Source of the DNA: Flavobacterium sp.
GTDB lineage: Bacteria; Bacteroidota; Bacteroidia; Flavobacteriales; Flavobacteriaceae
Reading direction: 5' to 3'
Length of the DNA stretch: 64,000 nucleotides
NCBI RefSeq assembly: GCF_040383245.1
Contig: NZ_JBEIDX010000010.1
Coordinates: forward strand, 4,387 to 68,386
Position 1 is the first letter of the stretch; each line of letters starts with the position of its first letter. The notes beneath the pieces are model-generated. The model was not told the origin of the DNA, made no database searches, and worked only from the letters and a program-made list of their open reading frames with translations. Positions 56,248-64,000 of this stretch are shown here, piece by piece. Both the position numbers and the translations under genes were made by a program.

Positions 56248-58278
56248 TTATTCTTTTATGAATTTTTGACTGTAGTCTTTATCATTTGAATCTCGTAGTA
56301 ATAAAATGTAGGTTCCTTTACTTAAACTTTCAGTAGGAATTTGATTTGAAGTTATGTTACTTTCAAATACCTGTTTACCATTCAAATCAAATACTTTAGC
56401 TAATTTCAAAGTAATCTCATTATTAGTTTTTATATTCAATACATTTTTAGCAGGAATAGGATACAGGCTAAATTCAGAGTTAGTATATTCTTCTAGAGTC
56501 AATGTTGAACCTTCAACAACCAAAGTAGCATTGTTTATTGTTGGATTAGTAATGGTGTCAACAATTCCAGATGGCCATCTAATTATAATTTGAGTTATTG
56601 CAGTTTCTGTTCCAATACCAAAATGAGCATTTAAAGTACTTTGGTGGCTAAAGCCATTACCACTTTTTATTTCTCTTATTTGTTTTCCAAAAGCCCCATA
56701 AATTTCAATTCTCGCGCCAATTCCATTACGGTTACTTTGAATTCCTTGTAGTTTTATTTTAATCCAATTATTAGCATTTGGCACATTATAAAAAACCTGA
56801 TTATTAAATTGTACATCTAGAAAACCATCATTATTTAAATCACCAATACCGCCTTCGCTAAAAGATAAATCGTATCCTGTAAAAGTTAAGTTGCCATTGT
56901 TTAAATAAAGTTCTTTGCTATTTTGCCATAAAAAATCCATCCAGCCATCATTGTTAAAATCGGCTGCTTGAAGTTCCCATGAGCCTACTTGAGAATCGAT
57001 TCCTGATGCGCTGTAAACGTCAGTAAAAGTGCCGTCACCATTATTTCTGTATAATTTATTTGTGTCGGATATGTTTGATAATAAAATATCCATATCGCCA
57101 TCATTATCATAATCTTCAATTGCACTCGACCAAGATTGAGCACCATCGTTAATTCCTGCCACTGCCCCAGATTCAGTAAATGTGCCGTTGCCATTATTTT
57201 TATAAAATAAATTTATTCTTTGAGGATCTCCAACTGCTGCACCACCTCTACATTTAGCTAAATACATGTCGATGTCTCCATCATTATCAAGATCACTCCA
57301 TTGGGATTGGTAGTTACCTCCAACTGCTAAAGTAGGCATTAACGAAATGTCAAAATTTAAATTTCCTGTACCATCATTTCTATAAGCATGACTTTGTGCC
57401 ACATCATGACAAGCCCATAAGTCTAAGTGACCATCGTTGTTGATGTCAACAAAATTCGCTCTTTGTGTAAATATATTTTGAGGATAAGCAAATTCAGTGT
57501 AACCGGAACCTGTCGCATTTGCTTTAATTACCGCAACACGGTTTCCGCTTCCAAAAACCAAATCATTGTATCCGTTTTTATCAAAATCCCCCGCTGTAAT
57601 ACTCCAGCTAGGAGTAGCTGTTAAGTTTGGTAATGGATAAATTGTTGATGTAAATCCGCCACCAGTTGTATTCTGTGTTAATACCGTCATTTGATTGGTT
57701 TGTACGGTAGCAATATCGTCTAAATAATCACCATTTAAATCCGCTACACTACAAATTGTTGCGCTAGAAGTAATTGATGCTGGTGTAAATGAAATAGGAG
57801 GTATGGCAACGGGAGCTTCAGTTAATTGAAAATCAAATCCTAATGGACTTGCTGCGCTCCATCGGTTGTCCCAAGCAAAATAATAGGTGTTTCCTGCTAA
57901 TGCAATAAATGTAACTACAGAAAGGTATGAATTTGTATTTGAACCGTTGTTACACGCTATAACACCTGCATCATCATCTGAAGCCAAACAAGATAAACTT
58001 GAACAAGATCCTGAATACACATTAATAAAAGTGTCTTTACAAATATTAATAGCTAGATCTGAACTTATTGTGACGGTGTAATTTTGAGTTGGTGTGTACG
58101 AGTACCAATTTGCTTTTGTAGCATTTGTTGAATAACAAGGTGTTACAGTGTTTGTTCCAGTTATTTCGGTAACGGTATGCAATCCAGCAGTTATGGCTTG
58201 CGCAGTAGCGCAAGTTCCTTGAGCATGTGAAAATTGAATTCCGCAGAATAAAAAGAAGAGTAAAGTAATTTTTTTCAT
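56248..58278 (-). CDS. T9SS-secreted FG-GAP/VCBS-repeat protein with ASPIC/UnbV domain (CRTAC1-like)
   Basis: Signal peptide; Cys-rich N-domain; seven D.N.DG..D-type FG-GAP loops; ASPIC/UnbV (NRNGIGARIEIY...GNGFSHQS); Por_Secre_tail C-terminus. Confidence 0.85.
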   Translation of the reverse strand: MKKITLLFFLFCGIQFSHAQGTCATAQAITAGLHTVTEITGTNTVTPCYSTNATKANWYSYTPTQNYTVTISSDLAINICKDTFINVYSGSCSSLSCLASDDDAGVIACNNGSNTNSYLSVVTFIALAGNTYYFAWDNRWSAASPLGFDFQLTEAPVAIPPISFTPASITSSATICSVADLNGDYLDDIATVQTNQMTVLTQNTTGGGFTSTIYPLPNLTATPSWSITAGDFDKNGYNDLVFGSGNRVAVIKANATGSGYTEFAYPQNIFTQRANFVDINNDGHLDLWACHDVAQSHAYRNDGTGNLNFDISLMPTLAVGGNYQSQWSDLDNDGDIDMYLAKCRGGAAVGDPQRINLFYKNNGNGTFTESGAVAGINDGAQSWSSAIEDYDNDGDMDILLSNISDTNKLYRNNGDGTFTDVYSASGIDSQVGSWELQAADFNNDGWMDFLWQNSKELYLNNGNLTFTGYDLSFSEGGIGDLNNDGFLDVQFNNQVFYNVPNANNWIKIKLQGIQSNRNGIGARIEIYGAFGKQIREIKSGNGFSHQSTLNAHFGIGTETAITQIIIRWPSGIVDTITNPTINNATLVVEGSTLTLEEYTNSEFSLYPIPAKNVLNIKTNNEITLKLAKVFDLNGKQVFESNITSNQIPTESLSKGTYILLLRDSNDKDYSQKFIKE

Positions 58279-58293
58279 TTTATTTTTTAGTTA

Positions 58294-59400
58294 TTAGTGG
58301 CAATTTGCCGGAAGCGAATTAATCCAATCTTTCATTAACTGAACTCCTTCTTGATGCACTAAAGTTCGGCCTATTATCGGCATCATTTCTGACGCCTCAG
58401 TGGAACTTATTCTATAAATCATTTCAGATCGGTTAGCATCCCCGCCATTAATTACAAATGGATTATTAGGGACAGCAAATAATGGAGTTAAGCATACTCC
58501 AAAAGTATTTAGATTAGTATTGCTGAAATTGAATCGTTGCGGTGTATAATCACAATGTCCTCCATCTCTATGACAGTGAGCGCAATTGATATCTATATAA
58601 GAACGCGCTCTTAATTCAAGTGATTTACTGGTATCTCTCCAGTCAACTGTAGAATGAATAGTTGATAATGCAGGGACATCGTTGCCTAGAATTCCTAAAT
58701 TTTTCCATTTAGTAATTTGATTTTCAGGACCTGTACTGTATGTAAAAGTGGTATTTAAATTTTGTGGTTTAGGCCCAATAGGAATGGTGATTTCGCCTGT
58801 ATGATTTGGGTTAATTTTATGGCAAGTAACACATTCTGTTTGCGATGGGACTGCATAATTTACATTTTTTAAAGTACCGTCATCAGCTACCCAAGTTACG
58901 GGTATTTGCAATCCATTTTCTGTAGATTCAAGTAAAGCATCCGTTTGATCTGCTTTCCATACATACGTACAAGCTTTCCATCCGGTTGATTTTCTAATTA
59001 GCAATCTCGTTTCAACTCTTTTTGTCGTATTGCTTGGTTGAACATGATCATAATAAAATGTTTTTATGATTGCAGTTCCAACAGGAAATTCAAAAATATT
59101 GTCGTCTCCGTTATAGGTTGCTTGAGTGTTTTTTGGTAACCAAATAAATCTTTTTTTATGAGCATAATCAGAAAACAATGCACTTGCAGGCTCATAAGGA
59201 ATCACATTGGAAGCCGGAATTTGAGCTTTTATCTCTCCTTCAAAAAAATGATAATCGGATAATTTAGCATATGGAACCGTAGCCAAGTTTACAGAAACTT
59301 CAGGTAAATCTATATATTCTTCTTGATCAGAGTTGGAACAAGAAATTACTATTAATGCGGCAATTAAAGTTAGAGCTAAATAAGAGTATTTGTTTTTCAT
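58294..59400 (-). CDS. lipoprotein with two CxxCH motifs (SO_2930/HNE_0200-like putative dihaem cytochrome c family)
   Basis: Lipobox VISC; LSDYHFFEG...PYEPASALFSDYAHKKRFIWLP; CVTCH and CAHCH. Lies 15 nt upstream of the FG-GAP gene. Confidence 0.7.
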   Translation of the reverse strand: MKNKYSYLALTLIAALIVISCSNSDQEEYIDLPEVSVNLATVPYAKLSDYHFFEGEIKAQIPASNVIPYEPASALFSDYAHKKRFIWLPKNTQATYNGDDNIFEFPVGTAIIKTFYYDHVQPSNTTKRVETRLLIRKSTGWKACTYVWKADQTDALLESTENGLQIPVTWVADDGTLKNVNYAVPSQTECVTCHKINPNHTGEITIPIGPKPQNLNTTFTYSTGPENQITKWKNLGILGNDVPALSTIHSTVDWRDTSKSLELRARSYIDINCAHCHRDGGHCDYTPQRFNFSNTNLNTFGVCLTPLFAVPNNPFVINGGDANRSEMIYRISSTEASEMMPIIGRTLVHQEGVQLMKDWINSLPANCH

Positions 59401-59526
59401 AAATAAATAATGTTCAAGCCAAATATATAATAATTAATCAAATATTATTCAATATAAGTAACAAATGTTCTTATAAATTGTTGAAGAGCTAATGATTAAT
59501 TAAATTAAAAAAAAACGATAAGAAAA

Positions 59527-60882
59527 TTATTCTTCTTTTTCTGCTCTAGAAATTATATTTTCTGGAAGCGATTTTTTGGCTTTTGCTCCCATTTTTTTAA
59601 GATTTTCAACACGGTTAATTAAGTTCCCCGAACCATCAACTAATTTGTTCATAGCATCAGAATACCCCGATTTTGCATCGTCTAATTTTTTTCCTACAGT
59701 AATTAAATCGGTCCACAAACCATGAAATTTATCATAAAGTGCTCCAGCTTGACGCGCAATTTCTAGAGCATTTTCTTGTTGTTTTTGGTTAGTCCACATG
59801 CTGTCGATAGTTCGTAAAGTGGCTAATAACGTAGAAGGAGTTACTATAACAATATTTTTCTCGAAGGCTTTATTGTATAAATTAGTGTCCTCATTTAGGG
59901 CAATTGCAAAAGCCGACTCAATTGGGATAAATAACAACACAAAGTCTGGACTTTCAATTTCATACAGATCTTGATAGTTTTTATTACTAAGTTGCTCCAC
60001 ATGTCGGTTTATCGAAATCACATGCTCTTTTAGGTGTTGTGCTTTTTCTTGGTCGTCTTCCTCGTTAATATATCGCTCGTAGGCTGTTAGTGTAACTTTT
60101 GAATCTACAATCATTTTTTTTCCATCAGGTAAGTTTATTACTACATCTGGAAAAACTCTATTCCCTTCTTCGGCTACAAAACTAGCTTGAACAAAGTATT
60201 CACGGTCTTTTTCTAATCCCGATTTTTCAAGCACGCGTTCTAAGATTAGTTCACCCCAATTTCCTTGCATTTTGCTATCACCTTTCAATGCTTTGGTAAG
60301 ATTGACTGTTTCTTTGCTCATTTGCTCGTTCATTTCTTTCAGTCCAACAATTTGTTGACGTAAAGCAGCATGATAATCAATGCTTTCTTTGTGTGTGTCT
60401 TCTACTTTTTTCTCAAAAAGTTGAATTTTTTCTTGTAACGGATTCAATAGATTTACCAAATTTTCCTTGTTTTGTTCTGTAAATTTGGATGTTTTTTCTT
60501 CTAATATTTTGTTGGCTAAATTCTCAAATTCTTTGGTGAATTTTTCCTGAAGTTGCTCTACTTCTTGCTTTTGTTCTTTATTGCGCTCCCAAAGATTTTC
60601 AAAATCAGTTTCTTTTTTTGATAACTGAATGGCTAAAGAATCTTTTTCGGCTCGGATACTTTCTTTTTCATCAATGGATGCTGCATGTTGCTTTTCAAAT
60701 TGCATGCGTTCCAATTGAAATTGCTCTTTCAATTGATTTATTTGTGATAATAAACCATTTATTTTTTCTTCTAATGATGCCTTCTCAGATTTTGAATTAG
60801 CATTAAAAATAAATTTCCCTAAAATTAGACCAAGGGCTAAGGAAAAAAAAAAGAGTAGTAAAAAAGAAGTAATTGGCGTCAT
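59527..60882 (-). CDS. rmuC: DNA recombination protein RmuC
   Basis: N-terminal TM helix, long coiled coil, RmuC nuclease-like C-domain (PDVVINLPDGKKMIVDSK...). Confidence 0.9.
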   Translation of the reverse strand: MTPITSFLLLFFFSLALGLILGKFIFNANSKSEKASLEEKINGLLSQINQLKEQFQLERMQFEKQHAASIDEKESIRAEKDSLAIQLSKKETDFENLWERNKEQKQEVEQLQEKFTKEFENLANKILEEKTSKFTEQNKENLVNLLNPLQEKIQLFEKKVEDTHKESIDYHAALRQQIVGLKEMNEQMSKETVNLTKALKGDSKMQGNWGELILERVLEKSGLEKDREYFVQASFVAEEGNRVFPDVVINLPDGKKMIVDSKVTLTAYERYINEEDDQEKAQHLKEHVISINRHVEQLSNKNYQDLYEIESPDFVLLFIPIESAFAIALNEDTNLYNKAFEKNIVIVTPSTLLATLRTIDSMWTNQKQQENALEIARQAGALYDKFHGLWTDLITVGKKLDDAKSGYSDAMNKLVDGSGNLINRVENLKKMGAKAKKSLPENIISRAEKEE

Positions 60883-60945
60883 TTTTTAATCAAATAAGTA
60901 GGTAAATATACTAAAAATTGTACTAATTGATTGCAGGATTAATAC

Positions 60946-60953
60946 TATTTTTG
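60946..60953 (+). promoter_or_regulatory. -7 box TAttTTTG for the pseudouridine synthase gene
   Basis: tatttttg ends 14 nt before ATG 60968. Confidence 0.45.
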
Positions 60954-60967
60954 TCAAAATTGTTTCC

Positions 60968-61539
60968 ATGTCAAATCACCAACATTTCTTAATTCATAAA
61001 CCTTACGGATATTTATCTCAGTTTATTTATGAGTTGAAACGAAAGAAAAAATTACTCGGTGAATTGTACGATTTTCCGCAAGGGACAATGGCTATTGGTC
61101 GTTTAGATGAAGATTCAGAAGGGCTATTATTGCTTACCACTGATGGCATGATTAGTGAAGTGGTGCGGAGTAAAAAAGTGGAAAAAGAATACTATGTGCA
61201 GGTGGATGGAATAGTTACTCAAGAGGCAATTGATAAATTGAAAGGCGGAGTGGAAATCGGTTTTAATGGAAAAAAATACATAACCAGAAAATGCCAAGCT
61301 TCAATTTTAGACCTGATTCCTGAGTTTGGTGAAAGAGGAAAAAAATACGAGATGAACGTCACGGTCCGACTTCTTGGTTGACTATAACTCTAAATGAAGG
61401 TAAATTTCGCCAAGTTCGAAAAATGACTTCTGCAGTTGGTTTTCCAACATTGCGATTAGTTCGCGTTCGTGTTGGGAATATTCATTTAAACAATTTGCAA
61501 GCAGGAGAAGTAATGGAAGTAATTGATTTTCAAGTTTAA
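60968..61539 (+). pseudogene. RsuA/RluE-family pseudouridine synthase interrupted by a -1 frame change in an A7 run
   Basis: Frame 1 (60968..61381) carries the GRLDEDSEGLLLLTTDG catalytic motif and stops 12 codons after the A7 run at 61339..61345. The -1 frame 61345..61539 reads [45 protein letters not shown]..., the conserved C-terminus. Confidence 0.8.
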
Positions 61540-61556
61540 TAGTTTAATAAATTTAC

Positions 61557-62006
61557 ATGTTAAATATTGTTTTAGTTGAGCCCGAAATACCAAATAACAC
61601 GGGAAATATTGGTCGGTTGTGCGTAGGCACTGAAAGTAGGTTACATTTAATTCATCCGTTCGGATTTGTAATAAATGACAAGAATTTAAAACGTTCGGGT
61701 TTGGATTATTGGGTGCATTTAGACGTTACCGAATACCAAAATGTTGCAGAATGGATGGGTCAAATAAAAGATAAATCAAGGGTTTTTTTATTGAGCTCTC
61801 ATGCCGAAAAATCTATTTATGAAGCACAATTTCAAGATGGCGATTGGTTGGTATTTGGTAAAGAAAGTGTTGGTTTGAGTCAAGAAGTGTTGGCGCAATT
61901 TGAAAACCATTTAACGATTCCAATGTCGGGTTTAATTCGTAGTTTTAACATTGCTAACTCAGTTGCGTTTGTGGTAGGTGAGGCTAAAAGACAGATAAAT
62001 TTATAA
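61557..62006 (+). CDS. trmL: tRNA (cytidine/uridine-34 2'-O)-methyltransferase TrmL
   Basis: About 150-aa SpoU/TrmL. EPEIPNNTGNIGR...FGKESVGL...IPM...RSFNIANS knot motifs. Confidence 0.92.
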   Translation: MLNIVLVEPEIPNNTGNIGRLCVGTESRLHLIHPFGFVINDKNLKRSGLDYWVHLDVTEYQNVAEWMGQIKDKSRVFLLSSHAEKSIYEAQFQDGDWLVFGKESVGLSQEVLAQFENHLTIPMSGLIRSFNIANSVAFVVGEAKRQINL

Positions 62007-62007
62007 A

Positions 62008-63357
62008 ATGAATAAAATAATTGCATTATTTCTAATTTTTTCTTCGGGTTTAAGGGCGCAATGTTTTTCAATTGGGGCAGATTTATCCTATACTAATTCA
62101 GTCTTAGCTAATGGGGGAGTTTATCGCGATCAAAATAACGCTGTGGTAAATCCGTATACCTTATTTGCTCAAAAAGGAGCTAATATGGTGCGAATGCGTT
62201 TGTTTCATACGCCGCAAAATATTATAAGTAATTGCGGAAGTTCCATTTCTGCAAATGATATTAATGATGTTGTTGCAGGTTTTATAAGTGCTAAAGCAAA
62301 CGGAATGAAACTCAATTTAGCGATTCATTATGGAGATTATTTCAATGATCCCAACACCCAAAAAAAACCACAAGCTTGGGTTGGGCTAACTGGAACAGCG
62401 CTTCAAAATGCAATTTATAATTATACTACTTCTGTTTTGCAGACCTTAAAAAATAACAATGTAACCCCTGATATAGTTGCAATTGGTAACGAAACAACTT
62501 GGGGGTTTATTGATGAAAATACTACAACAGACGGCTGGGCTTGGCCTGAAGATGCGAATAAATTTAATAGTGCATTAACTGCGGTTGATGATTTTAATAA
62601 CTCAAATAATACTTCAATAAAAAAAGCTATTCATTTTACAGACAATACTGCTTCTTGGCTTGCGGGTTTATTCACTAGTCAAAGCATAACAAACTTCGAT
62701 ATTATTGGAATTTCCTTTTATCCATATTGGTCTAATTTCACTTCCTTGACTCAATTAGGAACTTTAGTTAATACACTTAAAACAACTTACAATAAGGATA
62801 TTATGATTTTTGAAACTGGTCTTCCATGGACTACTTCAAGTTCCGATGGGTATTCAAATATTATTAATTCAAATGGTAATTTTAATTACCCAATTACTCC
62901 AATTGGCCAAAAACAATTTTTTAATGACCTTGTAACTACTGTGTACAATGCAGGTGGTAAAGGGGTGTTGTATTGGGAGCCAGGATGGATAACTTCAACA
63001 TTTTGTGATAAATGGGGACAAGGCTCGTCTTATGAAAATTTGAGTTTTTTCAATTTTTCAAGCAATAATATGCCTTTACCAATATTTGATGTTTTCGATT
63101 TTTGCAATGCGCTCTCCATTAATAGCCAAAACAAAAAGGACGTTGAATTATTTCCAAATCCCGTTAGCGAAATTATTTATTTTAAAAGTTTAGATAATGA
63201 TACAGAAGTATCTGTATTTGATATATTTGGAAGATTAATTTTAAAGAATAAAACAAACGAAAATTCATTAGATATATCCGAATTAAACTCGGGTATTTAT
63301 TATTTTGAGTTTTATGTTTTTGAAAATAAAATAGTAAAGAAAGTTATAGTAAACTAA
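62008..63357 (+). CDS. GH53 arabinogalactan endo-beta-1,4-galactanase with T9SS C-terminal sorting domain
   Basis: GADLSY...GGVYRD...GANMVRMRLF, IGNETT and FETG catalytic Glu contexts, Por_Secre_tail (LFPNPVSEIIYFK...GIYYFEF). Confidence 0.85.
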   Translation: MNKIIALFLIFSSGLRAQCFSIGADLSYTNSVLANGGVYRDQNNAVVNPYTLFAQKGANMVRMRLFHTPQNIISNCGSSISANDINDVVAGFISAKANGMKLNLAIHYGDYFNDPNTQKKPQAWVGLTGTALQNAIYNYTTSVLQTLKNNNVTPDIVAIGNETTWGFIDENTTTDGWAWPEDANKFNSALTAVDDFNNSNNTSIKKAIHFTDNTASWLAGLFTSQSITNFDIIGISFYPYWSNFTSLTQLGTLVNTLKTTYNKDIMIFETGLPWTTSSSDGYSNIINSNGNFNYPITPIGQKQFFNDLVTTVYNAGGKGVLYWEPGWITSTFCDKWGQGSSYENLSFFNFSSNNMPLPIFDVFDFCNALSINSQNKKDVELFPNPVSEIIYFKSLDNDTEVSVFDIFGRLILKNKTNENSLDISELNSGIYYFEFYVFENKIVKKVIVN

Positions 63358-63361
63358 CTAA

Positions 63362-64000
63362 CTAGCGAATCATAAAACGCCCTTTTTCGCTATCAAATTT
63401 TATATTCTCATCCATAAAAAGGGTGTCAAATATCCCTTCAGAAATTAAGTTACAAGGTTGATCCTGGACTACATTTTCCTTTGTCATTACAATCATTTCA
63501 TCAGATAATTGAATTGCCAAATCAATGTCGTGTGTAGAAAAAAGAATACATTTATTTGATTCTGAAGCTAGTTTTTTCAATAATTTAAACAAAACTACTT
63601 TGTGAAACAAATCTAAGTGTGTTGAAGGTTCGTCCAAGATAATTAGTGGAGTATCTTGCGCTAGTGCTCTCGCAACTAATACATTTTGAAACTGCCCGTC
63701 ACTAATTTCGTAGTATTTTTTTTGATCTAAATGTTCAATTTGAGTTAAAGCTATTGCTTGGTTTATTTTTTCTAAATCGGATTCGGTTAATTTTCCTATC
63801 CAATTGGTATAAGGTTGTCTTCCTAAAGCAATTAATTCAAAAACGGTCAAATTGCTTGGGGGTAATTTTTCGGTTAATACCAAACTTAAATTCTGAGCTA
63901 AATCTACTTGGCTAAAATCAGTTAAGTTTCTTTCATTCAAATAAACCGAGCCAGATAGCGGTTTTTTAAGTCCGGAAAGGGTTCTTAGTAGAGTTGATTT
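63362..64000 (-). CDS. ABC transporter ATP-binding protein (FecE/BtuD-like), C-terminal part; N-terminus beyond the right edge
   Basis: The reading frame stays open upstream of the ORF-track Met (…KSTLLRTLSGLKKPLSGSVYLNE…). Q-loop, signature ISDGQFQ, Walker B ILDEPSTHLD. Confidence 0.85.
   Translation of the reverse strand, partial: KSTLLRTLSGLKKPLSGSVYLNERNLTDFSQVDLAQNLSLVLTEKLPPSNLTVFELIALGRQPYTNWIGKLTESDLEKINQAIALTQIEHLDQKKYYEISDGQFQNVLVARALAQDTPLIILDEPSTHLDLFHKVVLFKLLKKLASESNKCILFSTHDIDLAIQLSDEMIVMTKENVVQDQPCNLISEGIFDTLFMDENIKFDSEKGRFMIR

Overview
AT-rich, densely packed chromosomal segment that looks like a Flavobacterium-type member of the Bacteroidota. Evidence for that placement: T9SS C-terminal sorting domains, DUF4290/DUF4199/DUF5686/FISUMP proteins, TAnnTTTG -7 promoter boxes and no Shine-Dalgarno sequences. 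I count about 60 protein genes on both strands, almost all core housekeeping. They cover translation and RNA (fmt, rpmE type B, rpmH, mtaB, tsaC, trmL, ettA, rny, a DEAD-box helicase, a pseudouridine synthase), DNA transactions (recQ, recG, uvrD/pcrA, xerD, holA, rmuC, HU), cell wall and division (murA, zapA, an M23 peptidase, a lytic transglycosylase), metabolism (aroQ, carB, an SDR, a phosphosugar mutase) and envelope proteins (a TonB-dependent receptor, beta-barrel OMPs, an OmpA-family protein, two T9SS cargo proteins). I found no rRNA, tRNA, CRISPR array, transposase, phage genes or recognisable defence operon. I cannot honestly point to a convincing new multi-gene system in this window. 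The items most worth a second look are: (1) a pseudouridine synthase gene broken by a -1 frame change exactly inside an A7 run; (2) a roughly 160-nt non-coding element between zapA and rny whose ends pair and are followed by a U-run, a 6S-like or leader RNA candidate; (3) a tandem pair of beta-barrel OMP genes that share promoter, 5'UTR, signal peptide and terminator but not the mature protein; (4) a T9SS FG-GAP/ASPIC protein paired with a two-CxxCH lipoprotein of unknown role; (5) an orphan promoter-terminator unit in a 540-nt gap; (6) several 7-8-nt phased microrepeats and one dispersed bipartite intergenic element. rpmH (L34) and the edge fragment of a YqgE/AlgH gene are missing from the ORF track and were added by hand. 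All homology calls come from my recognition of motifs in the translations, not from database searches.
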